Notes: generated from the sequence alone by a model not told the origin. A stretch of 64,000 bases of DNA from Gammaproteobacteria bacterium (GCA_965261775.1 OZ253477.1:1738178-1802177), one strand, 5' to 3'; shown: positions 1-10,624, counted from the stretch's first letter. Numbers and translations are program-made.

Positions 1-983
1 CAGATAAACAAGTACTGATAGTCAGTGACGAAACTGTGGCTCCGCTTTATTTGGACACACTGGAAAAAAATTTAATTGGTCTTGAGGTTAACACGTTCAT
101 ACTGACTGCGGGCGAAAGTGCCAAAAACCTGGGTAATTTTGAGCGTATTATCGGGTGGCTTATTGAAAAAAGATACGACCGTACCTGCACGCTTATAGCG
201 TTAGGTGGCGGCGTTGTCGGAGATTTGACAGGCTTTGTCGCTGCCTGCTATCAACGTGGAGTCGGGTTCATTCAAATTCCGACAACGTTGTTAGCCCAGG
301 TCGATTCATCCGTTGGTGGCAAGACAGCGGTCAATCACCCCCTGGGTAAAAACATGATAGGTGCTTTTTATCAGCCGCTGATAGTCATAGCAGATACTGG
401 CGTATTGGCGACATTGCCGACCAGGGAGCTGTCGGCAGGGCTTGCGGAAGTCATAAAATATGGTCTTATCTGCGACCGCGCCTTTTTTGACTGGCTTGAA
501 GATAATATTGAAGCGTTGTTGAAGCGCGATGAGTCCGCGCTTACATACGCAATAGAGCGTTCGTGCATCAACAAAGCGGAAGTGGTCGCCGCCGATGAAC
601 GCGAATCCGGCTTAAGAGCGATACTCAATCTTGGGCACACCTTCGGGCATGCCATTGAAACAGCTCTATCTTACAAGGAGTGGCTACATGGTGAGGCAGT
701 AGCCTGCGGTATGTTGATGGCGGCAGATCTATCAGTGCGTTTGGGGATATTGGATATTAGCTGCCAGGATAGAATCAGTGCCCTATTGGAAAAAGCAGCA
801 TTACCTGTCCGAATATATAAAAATGTCAGTCTGGAAAATATGTTGCACAATATGAAAATTGATAAAAAATCTAGAGGAGGATTGTTGTATTTAATTCTGT
901 TAAAAGATATCGGGGATGCGGTGATTACCGCTGATTACAGCCAAGAGGCATTGGTTGAAACAATAAACCATTTTCTGCAATAA
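1..983 (+). CDS. aroB: 3-dehydroquinate synthase, 5' end truncated by the window edge
   Basis: Reading frame is open from nt 3 ([18 protein letters not shown]...). Conserved AroB blocks [46 protein letters not shown] and [11 protein letters not shown] are present. Confidence 0.93.
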   Translation, partial: DKQVLIVSDETVAPLYLDTLEKNLIGLEVNTFILTAGESAKNLGNFERIIGWLIEKRYDRTCTLIALGGGVVGDLTGFVAACYQRGVGFIQIPTTLLAQVDSSVGGKTAVNHPLGKNMIGAFYQPLIVIADTGVLATLPTRELSAGLAEVIKYGLICDRAFFDWLEDNIEALLKRDESALTYAIERSCINKAEVVAADERESGLRAILNLGHTFGHAIETALSYKEWLHGEAVACGMLMAADLSVRLGILDISCQDRISALLEKAALPVRIYKNVSLENMLHNMKIDKKSRGGLLYLILLKDIGDAVITADYSQEALVETINHFLQ

Positions 984-1076
984 AGAATTAGCACCAGCGT
1001 TGAAGTACAGTTTTGTGGGAGTGCATCACCAGTGATAGCGGGACAGTGTGCTAATCGAAATTGTGGGCGATAAAAT

Positions 1077-1104
1077 AAGAAAGGGACCTTAAGGTCCCTT
1101 TCTT
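1077..1104. terminator. Bidirectional rho-independent terminator shared by aroB and the pqqA-like gene
   Basis: Perfect hairpin AAGAAAGGGACC-ttaa-GGTCCCTTTCTT. A U-rich tract follows on the minus strand (TTATTTTAT) and an AT-rich tract on the plus strand. Confidence 0.7.
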
Positions 1105-1128
1105 ATTATTAAAGGTTGGTTGTAAGTC

Positions 1129-1203
1129 TCACTTGTTATTAATATACATGGTGACTTCAAAACCAAAGCGAATGTCGTTGTATTCAGGTGTTTCCCATTT
1201 CAT
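1129..1203 (-). CDS. pqqA: PqqA-like RiPP precursor peptide, 24 aa, missed by the ORF track
   Basis: Minus-strand translation is MKWETPEYNDIRFGFEVTMYINNK. It is near-identical in pattern to known PqqA peptides (M-W-KPA-YTDLRIGFEVTMY-R) and keeps the cross-linked Glu and Tyr in EVTMY. AGGAGA sits 7 nt upstream of the ATG, and the terminator follows immediately. Confidence 0.7.
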   Translation of the reverse strand: MKWETPEYNDIRFGFEVTMYINNK

Positions 1204-1985
1204 GATAAATCTCCTGTGTTTAATAAGTATGTTAACTAATAAAGCAAATCACATGCCATTTTTTTAATTATTTTTTGAAATCAACAGGTTAAATAGAATA
1301 TCCCTTTTTCCAAAGGAGATGTTATCTATTGTTGGTTATTATAAACCGGGAGACTTGATTTATATTAACCAAAGTAGGAACCATCAGATTTCTTTAACTA
1401 CATATTATATATTTGTTGCTCCTAATGGGTTTCTCTAAGCTGTTACGCGAGCGCAATGGCTATCAAAAACTGAAAGATGTGATACACTCTGCCGGTCTTA
1501 TGTGCAAAATAGCAATGATAAAATGTCGTCGTAAAAATGTGCGCTTTTTAAAAATATCTTAGCTATATGTAAGTTGCATATCTGGACATCACTATCAAAT
1601 TGTAAGTCTAGTCTACCACCTCGCAACCGTATCGATAGGCCGCTTTGAAGGTTTTTTGGACTATAACCTGCAGTCTCTAAACAGTCTGATAAATATGATC
1701 CATAGAACGCGTTTACCAAAAAGTTTGGTCGACATGGTGTTCCCCATGTGACTGGTTTTAAGTATTAGCTGTGCGCCCGGTTCTGCATCTAGGACAAATT
1801 GTGTAAGACATGACGCTACACAAGCGTAGGACGAAACAGAACAAACCGCTATGGCAATGCGTTTACTTCGATGACCATGATTTGAAATCAAAGGTAAATT
1901 TAAATAATAATGTTCGCCCCTTATAAGATGTCCGGATTAATATCAAGCCGGCAAACGTCCGTTTTGTTGACCATGGGAAGTCATA

Positions 1986-3329
1986 ATGTGGCGAAATAAT
2001 TCACAACGGGCTTTCTGGTTATTGGCTGGTCCAATGATCATCAATAATATCAGTGTAGCCTTGCTGGGGTTAGTTGATACGGCGGTCATCGGTCATCTAG
2101 ATAGCGCTGTTTATCTGGGGGGCGTTGCTATCGGCGCAGTTATTTTTGATTTTCTCTATTGGGGAATGGGATTTTTGCGAATGGGAACAACAGGGATAAC
2201 GGCCCAAGCACATGGGCAAAGTAACGCAAGCGAGACAGGAGCGGTACTGGTACAGTCGCTGTTGACCGGTCTTGGCATCGCGTTGCTGATTATCTTGTTG
2301 CAGAATCCGATTATTTATATTGGTACGTCCCTGATGCAGGGCAGTGAACAGGTTAGTCATTATGCTCTGATCTACTGTCAGTGGATGATTTGGGGAGCGC
2401 CAGCGGTGATGGTATTGTTTTCCGTAAGCGGCTGGTTTCTGGGTATGCAAAATGCCTTTGCAGCGTTGACGGTGGGCGTGGTAGTTAATATTGTTAATAT
2501 CGTGCTAGATATTATCTTTGTCATTTATCTGAAGATGGACGTGCGGGGCGTCGCGCTAGCGTCGGTTATTGCACAGTATGCGGGTGTGTTTCTAGCAATG
2601 TTAATGATCCGGAAACAACTGCGCTACGGTAAAGTGGCGTGGTCATTCGAAAAAATAATGGATTTGAATAAACTCAAACGGTTTTGGTCACTTAACCACA
2701 ATATATTTATTCGGACGGTCTGTCTTTTGCTGGTTTTTGTATTTTTTACAAGGGAGGGAGCTAGATACGGGGATTCGGTTCTTGCGGCAAACTCAATACT
2801 GATGAAATTCTATCTGTTAATGGCGATGGTACTGGATGGTTTTAATCATGCGGCAGAAACCTTGGTGGGAAAGGCCGTCGGTATAAGGAGCGAGACCCTG
2901 TTTAACAAGGCAGTTAGTCTTACTCTGAGGTGGTCGTTCTGGTTTGGTCTCGCCTTCTGTATGTTTTTCTGGGTCGGCGGTAGCTGGTTAATCAACGTCC
3001 TGACCGATATTGACACTGTCAAAGAAACTGCCAATCACTATTTGCCGTGGGTGATAGCTTTACCGCTGTTTTCCGTCTGGTGTTTTCTGCTGGATGGTAT
3101 TTTTATCGGTGCCACCAGAGGCCCCGAGATGCGCAACGCGATGTTGCTCTGCACCTTCGTGTTTTTTTTACCGATCTGGTATATCTTTCGTCCTTTGGGT
3201 AATCATGGTTTATGGCTGGCGTTCACCTTTTTTATTATTATGCGGGGTGTGGTGCTTGGGGCCTATTACACTTTAATCAAAAGAAAAAACGGTTTTGTGG
3301 GGCCGTCGTCTGTTATCATTCGGAAATAA
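1986..3329 (+). CDS. dinF: MATE-family multidrug efflux transporter (DinF/NorM-like)
   Basis: 447 aa with about 12 predicted TM segments and a MATE-like N-terminus (LAGPMIINNISVALLGLVDTAVIGHL). Confidence 0.8.
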   Translation: MWRNNSQRAFWLLAGPMIINNISVALLGLVDTAVIGHLDSAVYLGGVAIGAVIFDFLYWGMGFLRMGTTGITAQAHGQSNASETGAVLVQSLLTGLGIALLIILLQNPIIYIGTSLMQGSEQVSHYALIYCQWMIWGAPAVMVLFSVSGWFLGMQNAFAALTVGVVVNIVNIVLDIIFVIYLKMDVRGVALASVIAQYAGVFLAMLMIRKQLRYGKVAWSFEKIMDLNKLKRFWSLNHNIFIRTVCLLLVFVFFTREGARYGDSVLAANSILMKFYLLMAMVLDGFNHAAETLVGKAVGIRSETLFNKAVSLTLRWSFWFGLAFCMFFWVGGSWLINVLTDIDTVKETANHYLPWVIALPLFSVWCFLLDGIFIGATRGPEMRNAMLLCTFVFFLPIWYIFRPLGNHGLWLAFTFFIIMRGVVLGAYYTLIKRKNGFVGPSSVIIRK

Positions 3330-3358
3330 TGCCTATGGGCCAATGACGGGATAATATT

Positions 3359-3889
3359 ATGGCAAAGACTAAACAGCGACGGGAGTTCATTTCGCTTAAT
3401 GTCGCGGTGTTGATAGTATCTGATACCCGCATGGAGAAAACGGATAAGTCCGGTAAATATCTAGTGGAAAGGCTGGAAAAGGAAGGACACAGGCTCTATG
3501 AAAAGCATATAGTGCGGGATGATATTTATCATATCCGCGCCGTTGTATCCGCCTGGATTGCCAATGGGGATGTACAGGTGATCCTGACGAGCGGCGGTAC
3601 TGGCATTACTGGCAGAGACGGGACGCCAGAAGCCGTGCGCGTGCTCCTTGATAAGGAAATTGAGGGATTCGGGGAAATCTTCCGAGCGGTTTCCTATACG
3701 CAGATTAAAACATCAACCATACAATCACGCGCCTTGGCCGGGGTGGCCAACGGCACCTATCTTTTTTGTCTGCCCGGTTCTGCTAGTGCCTGTGCAACCG
3801 CATGGAGTGATTTGATTCGATACCAACTAGATTACCGTACGCAACCTTGTAATCTGGTTGAACTAATGCCTCGCCTGAACGAAAAATAA
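3359..3889 (+). CDS. moaB: Molybdenum cofactor biosynthesis protein B
   Basis: Collinear with E. coli MoaB along almost the whole length (VSDTR...SGKYL, VSAWIANGDVQVILTSGGTG, EGFGEIFR, SRALAGVANGT, LPGSASAC, RTQPCN). Confidence 0.9.
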   Translation: MAKTKQRREFISLNVAVLIVSDTRMEKTDKSGKYLVERLEKEGHRLYEKHIVRDDIYHIRAVVSAWIANGDVQVILTSGGTGITGRDGTPEAVRVLLDKEIEGFGEIFRAVSYTQIKTSTIQSRALAGVANGTYLFCLPGSASACATAWSDLIRYQLDYRTQPCNLVELMPRLNEK

Positions 3890-3966
3890 GGGCATTTCGG
3901 TATAGGATCCCCGGCAGAACAATAGATATCATGACAATTAAAGCTATCAGAAAAGGGCCGAAAAAA

Positions 3967-5031
3967 ATGGCAAAATATGGCCCCTCTCTTTTAATAGGCG
4001 TATTACTGATATTTGTTTTCCCTTTGTGTGTGGTGGTGGGAGCCCCCTCCCCTGCCCATCCGGTCCAGGTAGATAAAGCGGTGATGATAGAGATTTCGCC
4101 ATTCGTCTGGGTCAATGGGACAGTGATCGGTCGTTATGACGCTCGCGTTGCGGCAGAGATTGATGGCAATCTTACAGATATCCTTGATATCGGTGATCAC
4201 GTTAAAGCAGGCGATGTAATCGCTCGGATTGATGACACCTCATATCGTCTTGCCTTGAATGAAGTCAAAGCGGAGATTTTACCGGTTGAGAGCATGCTTG
4301 CATTTTATCAGCGTGAAACGGCAAGACTGGAAAAACTAGCGGAGCAGAATAATGTGGCGAAAAACCGGTTGGATCAAACCCGTGCCAGCCGCGATGAGTC
4401 CATAGCCAGAATCCATGCTATCAAAGCGAGAATGGCGACCGTTCAGGATGAACTGGACAAGACTATGATTCAAGCCCCTTTTGATGGCATTGTGACCGAG
4501 CGTTTAAGCCAACCAGGTGAAAGAGTGGGGGCTGGCGATCAAGTTGTACGTTTGACCAACGTGGAACGTCTGGAGATCCAGGCACGCATTCGTCAGAATT
4601 ATTTTCCCTTTATCAAGCCAAATGATGTTTTGGTAGTAAAGAGCGGTACCGAAGAAATTCAGGGGAGGGTGCGTACTGTCATTCCGGTCGGGGATGATAT
4701 TTCAAGGCTGTATGAGATTCGGGTTGAGTTTAAGCAGACGGACTGGCTCGTTGGCGAGGCGGTGAAACTTGCCATACCTACTGAAAAAAAGCAGACCGTG
4801 CTTGCCGTTTCGCGTGACGCATTGGTGATCAGAAAAGACGGGCTGGTTATCTATAGAGTGAATGAACAAAACACGGCGGAGTTAATCCCTGTTAAAACAG
4901 GTATTTCCAATACCACGCATATTCAAATTATCGGTAACGTGAAAGAAAACGATAATGTGGTGGTTCGCGGCAATGAACGGTTGCAACCGGGACAAAAAGT
5001 AAATGTGATAAGTAACACCGGGCTCCCATGA
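3967..5031 (+). CDS. RND efflux periplasmic adaptor (membrane fusion protein, HlyD/AcrA family)
   Basis: N-terminal TM or signal segment, coiled-coil hairpin region and beta-barrel/lipoyl motifs. It overlaps the RND pump start by 4 nt. An alternative start lies at 3931. Confidence 0.8.
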   Translation: MAKYGPSLLIGVLLIFVFPLCVVVGAPSPAHPVQVDKAVMIEISPFVWVNGTVIGRYDARVAAEIDGNLTDILDIGDHVKAGDVIARIDDTSYRLALNEVKAEILPVESMLAFYQRETARLEKLAEQNNVAKNRLDQTRASRDESIARIHAIKARMATVQDELDKTMIQAPFDGIVTERLSQPGERVGAGDQVVRLTNVERLEIQARIRQNYFPFIKPNDVLVVKSGTEEIQGRVRTVIPVGDDISRLYEIRVEFKQTDWLVGEAVKLAIPTEKKQTVLAVSRDALVIRKDGLVIYRVNEQNTAELIPVKTGISNTTHIQIIGNVKENDNVVVRGNERLQPGQKVNVISNTGLP

Positions 5032-8000
5032 TTGCTACCCGTTTAAGCCTGGCAAACCCGGTTGCCTTGCTAGTCGCTGTTCTGCTTCTGCTTATATTCG
5101 GCCTGATCAGTTTTTTTCGGCTACCCGTTCAGTTAACGCCGGAACTTGAAGAACCCGAGATTACCATCACCACGAACTGGCGGGCCGCGGCGCCGAACGA
5201 GGTTGAGGCGGAAATTGTGGAACCACAGGAAGATGTTTTGAGAGGCTTGCCCGGGCTTGTGGAAATTCGCGCTCAGGCTTATGAAGGTAGGGCGGAGATC
5301 AATCTGCGCTTTGACGTTAATATGGATATGCGTCGTGCCTTGGTTGAAGTCATGAACCGACTCAATCAGGTTCCGGACTATCCCGATGACGCCGATGAGC
5401 CCTCCATATCGACAGTTGGTCAGGATGCACGCGCCATTGCCTGGTTTATCATTAAAACAGCCCCGGGGAATGACCAGCCCGTTGAAACCTACAAAGACTA
5501 TGTTGAAGAAGTCGTTCAGTCCCGTTTTGAACGTATTCCCGGTGTCGCTCGTTCGGAAGTCTATGGTGGTAGTGATCGCGAATTACGCATTACCTTTGAC
5601 CCTTATAAAATTGCCAGTTTTGACCTTCGGCTTGACAAAGTCATGCGATTGGTGGGGACCAGTGTTGATGTTTCTGGCGGTTTTGTAGATGTTGGAAAAC
5701 GTGAATACAGTTTGCGATTTGCGGGCAAATATGGTGCGCGTGACCTAGGGGAAATGATCTTAGATTGGCGAGAAGGCAGGCCGATATACCTGCGTGATGT
5801 TGCCGTGGTAGAAGATCGTTTATCGGACAAGGATAGTTTCGTCTTGACCAAGGGGACGCTTTCCATTGCGATCAACGCGCAACGTGAAACAGGTGTGAAT
5901 GTGTTACAGGTTATGTCCGGCCTGAAACAGGCGGTTGATGAACTTAATGCCGGTGCTCTGGAACGTGCCGGTTTGACGATGGAACAGGTTTATGACGAGA
6001 CAGTTTATATCCATCAGTCCATTAAAATGTTGCGCAATAATCTCGGCCTGGGAATCATTCTGGCGATCTTTGTTCTGTTTTTGTTCTTGTTAAAACCGTC
6101 GGCGACTATGATTGTCGCGACTTCCATTCCTATCTGTCTGATTGCCAGTTTCAGTATGATGGATATGATCGGCACGACGTTGAACGTTATATCACTGGCT
6201 GGACTGGCGTTTGCGGTAGGCATGGTGTTAGATGCTTCCATCATCATCCTAGAAAATATAGTGCGTTTGCGTGAAAAGGGGTTGTCCCCAGAAAAGGCCT
6301 CCCGGCAGGGGACGGATCAGGTCTGGGGTGCTTTGCTTGCGTCAACTCTGACTACTGTTGCTATCTTTTTGCCGGTCGTCTTTCTTCGCGATGAAGCTGG
6401 CCAGCTTTTTTCCGACCTGGCAATTACCATTGCCACCGCTATCAGTTTTTCCCTGCTGGTAGCCATTACGATTGTCCCGACAGCAGCGCGATTGTTTCTC
6501 ACAAATAGAAGATTTGTTGATCCGTATCATCATCTCTGGGAGAGGTTGTGCGGGATCATCATGAATTTGACGTGCACTCCCTTGCGTAGAAGCACATGGA
6601 TTATTCTCCTTATTTCCATCCCGTTTGCAATAATATTTTTTCTAAGACCGCAGGCGGATTATTTGCCAGATGGGAATCAGAACTTGGCCTTCGCCTTTAT
6701 CCTGCCGCCTCCCGGCATTAATATAAACACGCTCGAAAAAGAAATGGGCGCCATCGTCGCGGAGCGCATGCAACCTTATATTGAGGAGGTCAAAGAGCCT
6801 TATGTCCAACACTACTTTTTTGTTGCCTTTTCCCGCGGCGTATTCATGGGTGCGCGGGCGAAACACCATGAGGATGTGGATGAACTAGTTCCCCTGATCA
6901 ATTCGGTTGTGCAGGGTTTTCCAGATACGCTTGCTTTTGCCAAACAATCCTCGTTATTTCGCGGTTTCGGATCAGGTCGGACAATAGATATCAATATTCA
7001 ATCAAAAGATCTGCCGGCCTTGATGGATACGGCATTGCAAGCATTTTTTTCTATTATACCAATATACCCCAATACGCGGCCACAGCCCGGACTACAACTA
7101 TCACAACCGGAACTCCGCCTGATCCCAAATGAAAGACGTATCACCGAAGCGGGGCTGGATCGGTCGTTCGTTGCCGCGTTCATACAGACGCTCGGTGATG
7201 GTCGTTTTATCGGAGATTATTTTGATGGTGAGGAAACGCTGGATATTATTTTACGTTCTACCCCGTGGCGGACCCCGGAAGAACTGGGTACTATCCCGGT
7301 CGTGACGGCGAATACAGGAACCTTGCCTTTAAATGAATTGGTTAATGTTACGCGCACGGCAGGGCCGGAGCAAATCCGCCGCATCAACCGCCGCAGAACG
7401 GTGACGTTGCAGGTGTCTCCGCCGCCGACCACTTCGCTTGAAGAGGCGCTGGAAATTATTCAACATGATATTGCGCCGAAGATTCTCCAGCAATTGCCTG
7501 AAGACGGCGATATCCAGTATGGTGGTACAGCTGACAAGCTAACTACCACGTTGAATAATATGGCTAGCAGCTTTTTGCTGGCGATCACAATACTTTATTT
7601 ATTAATGAGTGCAATGTTCCGTTCTTTCCAGGTGAGTTTATTGGTAATGTTGGTCATTCCGCTCGCGACTTCGGGCGGGATACTGGCATTGCATATCATC
7701 AATCTGTTCACGTTTCAGCCGATGGACTTATTGACAATGATTGGTTTCATTATCCTGCTGGGACTGGTGGTGAATAATGCCATTCTGCTCGTTCATCAGG
7801 CGCGCTCTGCTGAAAGAGCGGGGGCGGATCGGACCAGTGCGGTCAAAGAGGCGATATTAATCAGATTAAGACCCATTATGATGAGCACCCTGACCAGTCT
7901 GTTCGGCATGTTGCCGTTGGCCATTATTCCAGGCGAAGGGACAGAGTTATATCGCGGTCTTGCTCTTGTAATTGTAGGAGGTATGCTGGTGAGTACATTT

Positions 8001-8066
8001 TTTACATTGATTTTACTGCCGAGTTTATTGCGTATCGGTGAAATGAAGAAGGTCTCAAATGTATAA
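5028..8066 (+). CDS. RND multidrug efflux permease (AcrB/HAE1 family)
   Basis: 1012 aa with 12 TM segments, two large periplasmic loops, and the conserved AcrB TM4 and TM10 regions (GLAFAVGMVLDASIIILENI). Confidence 0.9.
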   Translation: MIATRLSLANPVALLVAVLLLLIFGLISFFRLPVQLTPELEEPEITITTNWRAAAPNEVEAEIVEPQEDVLRGLPGLVEIRAQAYEGRAEINLRFDVNMDMRRALVEVMNRLNQVPDYPDDADEPSISTVGQDARAIAWFIIKTAPGNDQPVETYKDYVEEVVQSRFERIPGVARSEVYGGSDRELRITFDPYKIASFDLRLDKVMRLVGTSVDVSGGFVDVGKREYSLRFAGKYGARDLGEMILDWREGRPIYLRDVAVVEDRLSDKDSFVLTKGTLSIAINAQRETGVNVLQVMSGLKQAVDELNAGALERAGLTMEQVYDETVYIHQSIKMLRNNLGLGIILAIFVLFLFLLKPSATMIVATSIPICLIASFSMMDMIGTTLNVISLAGLAFAVGMVLDASIIILENIVRLREKGLSPEKASRQGTDQVWGALLASTLTTVAIFLPVVFLRDEAGQLFSDLAITIATAISFSLLVAITIVPTAARLFLTNRRFVDPYHHLWERLCGIIMNLTCTPLRRSTWIILLISIPFAIIFFLRPQADYLPDGNQNLAFAFILPPPGININTLEKEMGAIVAERMQPYIEEVKEPYVQHYFFVAFSRGVFMGARAKHHEDVDELVPLINSVVQGFPDTLAFAKQSSLFRGFGSGRTIDINIQSKDLPALMDTALQAFFSIIPIYPNTRPQPGLQLSQPELRLIPNERRITEAGLDRSFVAAFIQTLGDGRFIGDYFDGEETLDIILRSTPWRTPEELGTIPVVTANTGTLPLNELVNVTRTAGPEQIRRINRRRTVTLQVSPPPTTSLEEALEIIQHDIAPKILQQLPEDGDIQYGGTADKLTTTLNNMASSFLLAITILYLLMSAMFRSFQVSLLVMLVIPLATSGGILALHIINLFTFQPMDLLTMIGFIILLGLVVNNAILLVHQARSAERAGADRTSAVKEAILIRLRPIMMSTLTSLFGMLPLAIIPGEGTELYRGLALVIVGGMLVSTFFTLILLPSLLRIGEMKKVSNV

Positions 8067-9006
8067 TGGAAATATCTTGAAAAAAATACCCGTTTTGATT
8101 TTAAGCTTGTTGGGTGTGTTGCCGGCTCAGGCCGGACAGTATGTATTTTCCGAATCGGGTGATACTCTGATCGGTCTGGTTGAAATTGTGCGGGCCAGCC
8201 AGCGTGATACATTGCTAGATATTGCACGACGGCACGGTTTTGGTTATCAGGATATCAAACTGGTAAACCCTGGAGTGAATACTTGGTTGCCCAAAGAGGG
8301 CCAGAAAGTGGTATTACCGTCGCAGTTTGTGCTTCCGGTGGCGACGAAGACGGGTATTGTGATTAATATTCCAGAGATGCGTCTTTATTATTATCTTCCA
8401 GCAAAAAAGGGACAGTTACGGGAGGTGATCACCCATCCTCTGGGTGTTGGACAAGAGGGATGGGCAACGCCTTATATGCGGACAAAAATTATTGAAAAAA
8501 AAGAGCGCCCCAGCTGGTACCCGCCCGAGTCGATCCGTAAAGAGTATGCGGAAAGGGGGACACCTTTGCCGACAAAAGTTGAGGCTGGACCTGACAACCC
8601 GCTGGGTGATTTTGCCTTGCGTCTGGGCAACCCCGAATACCTGATCCACGGGACAAACAAACCCTACGGTGTTGGTATGCGAGTCAGTCACGGATGTATA
8701 CGCTTATATCCCGAAGATATTGAAGCGTTGTTTTTTCAAGTGGGGTTAAATACGCCTGTTAATATCATTAATCAGCCCTATAAAATAGGTATTAGAGATG
8801 GAGTTATCTATCTAGAGGCTCATCCGTATCTGATTGAAGACAGGGAAAAATATCAGAATAATCTTGCCAGTGTGGCTGACTTTATTCTTGAAAACGCCAA
8901 GGGGCGCAATTATGTCGTTGATTGGAATGCTGCTTATACGGCTATTGATAAACCGACCGGTCTGCCTATCGCAATCGGTATGTATCTTCTATCAAAAGAA
9001 AGCTAA
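8059..9006 (+). CDS. L,D-transpeptidase with N-terminal LysM domain (YkuD/ErfK/YbiS family)
   Basis: Signal peptide, then a LysM-like segment (DTLLDIARRHGFGYQDIKLVNP) and the YkuD catalytic motif HGTNKPYGVGMRVSHGCIRL. It overlaps the RND gene end by 8 nt. Confidence 0.85.
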   Translation: MYNGNILKKIPVLILSLLGVLPAQAGQYVFSESGDTLIGLVEIVRASQRDTLLDIARRHGFGYQDIKLVNPGVNTWLPKEGQKVVLPSQFVLPVATKTGIVINIPEMRLYYYLPAKKGQLREVITHPLGVGQEGWATPYMRTKIIEKKERPSWYPPESIRKEYAERGTPLPTKVEAGPDNPLGDFALRLGNPEYLIHGTNKPYGVGMRVSHGCIRLYPEDIEALFFQVGLNTPVNIINQPYKIGIRDGVIYLEAHPYLIEDREKYQNNLASVADFILENAKGRNYVVDWNAAYTAIDKPTGLPIAIGMYLLSKES

Positions 9007-9184
9007 TCCGTAAAGACAGCTTCATTTACTCACGCCGCATTTGTCAATCAGTCGGGATCTGGGCAGGTATTCGGAATACGGTCTCGGTAAAGGTGGATTT
9101 GGTAATTTACTTCATGAAATATTCAAGCAAAAGTGCTTCGCTATTTGTGTAAATCTGCTTAATTGCCAGATTATACACCGATGC

Positions 9185-9934
9185 TCAGTTGAGCCAACCG
9201 CCCGTCGCCTGAATTGGCGTCAGGATATTTGTCTTGTTCACCCAAGCCGAGACAGCCATTCGTGGAACGGATTTAATGACTTCAGGCAGTTCGGTTGTTA
9301 CGGTATGAGCGTTATCACCTTTATATAATGGAACCTTTTTGTAACCAAGTACCGTAAAATCATTTATTAAGCGGCGGTCATGATTCTCCCCTGCCTTGAC
9401 ATCGGTTTTGATATCAAAACCTAGAACCGCGATGTTTAGTATGTAGCGCGTTTTTTCTACTGCGTTGACCGGTGTATAGATTGCATCCACATTATTCATA
9501 TCATTGATCTTGAGTTGCAAGCGGCCTGTTTTTCGGTTTGAGGTCGTTGGAAGTTCTCTTGCTCCGAAAAATGAACGCCATTCCTTGCCATTCAGTAAAA
9601 AGCCGGGGGTATAGACTGTTGAAATATCGTTAGAAATCGCGTACTGGCGCTGGCGCGCAGAATATTCCGGCGAAGAAAACGGGTCTTTCCAGCCGATATA
9701 ATTCCAGTAATCCACGTGAAACCCAACTGGCACAAGAGATATCCATAGATCGGGATGTGATTTAAGTCGGCTCAACCAAGCATCCGCTGGTGGGCAACTG
9801 CTACAACCTTGAGAGGTATAAAGTTCAAGCAAACGTGCCTGTGTGACCGGACTGCTGATGACAATCTCAGCCTGCGGGGCTGCCGAATTCATGAAAAGAG
9901 AAAGGAAAAATAGAGATAGGCCGCGTTTAAACAT
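9185..9934 (-). CDS. DUF1223-family secreted thioredoxin-like protein
   Basis: Signal peptide MFKRGLSLFFLSLFMNSAAPQA and the CSSCPPAD motif typical of DUF1223. Confidence 0.65.
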   Translation of the reverse strand: MFKRGLSLFFLSLFMNSAAPQAEIVISSPVTQARLLELYTSQGCSSCPPADAWLSRLKSHPDLWISLVPVGFHVDYWNYIGWKDPFSSPEYSARQRQYAISNDISTVYTPGFLLNGKEWRSFFGARELPTTSNRKTGRLQLKINDMNNVDAIYTPVNAVEKTRYILNIAVLGFDIKTDVKAGENHDRRLINDFTVLGYKKVPLYKGDNAHTVTTELPEVIKSVPRMAVSAWVNKTNILTPIQATGGWLN

Positions 9935-10624
9935 TTTCGGTTACGTCGTTTAAAATCCTTTTGACTGTCAATGACAGCTTATGTTAAACGGAAACAGATG
10001 TACAGGTTTGTGTATCATTTAGAAGACAGGTAGCCCCCACGCTGACAGTCATGTTGTTTCCCAGAAAGGTGTGTTGTTGACCACTCTTTTTATGTATTTA
10101 CTAGGCGCCTCCTGACTACTCCCCGTCATCAGACGCCTCTCCCCAATATATATCCATCCACAACGGTGGCCGGATAATACGATCCCGTCGTTTGACACGC
10201 TTCTCCCGAAGCGGGGACCATACTGAAATCAACCTTGCTGTTATTTATCAGGCATTTTCTATATTTTTTCCGCTCATGGGCATGATAGTCAGCAAAGTCA
10301 AGCACACAGGCGCTGCCGTCAGGCGCTTTCATCGGGTACCATCAATTCACTTCTACCTGTCCCGGATGATTTACCGTGCCTTGAACAACAGCGCATGGAC
10401 ATAGGATGACAACATAAATATCCAGACGCTGGTTCCGTCTCTAGTTCAGGGAGCCGGTAACGCCGAAGGGGATGAGGAAAGTCCAGATTCAATTAGCAGT
10501 TTGATGATCCTGATAAGCCTTCCGCTGTTTTTCACTAGACTGTGACATCTCCAGAAGACGCACCACGGTATCCTCGGGGTGATAGACTGCATTAACAGTG
10601 ACGCTGAAACACCAGGGCTGGGAG

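Noticed and set aside
1498-1891. Overlapping minus-strand ORFs with an NHGH motif and an MSTKLF segment reminiscent of QueD (6-carboxy-tetrahydropterin synthase)
   Set aside because: The motif order is not collinear with QueD, and the CxxxHGH signature is incomplete. The resemblance is too weak to call a gene or pseudogene. The region is left as unexplained spacer.
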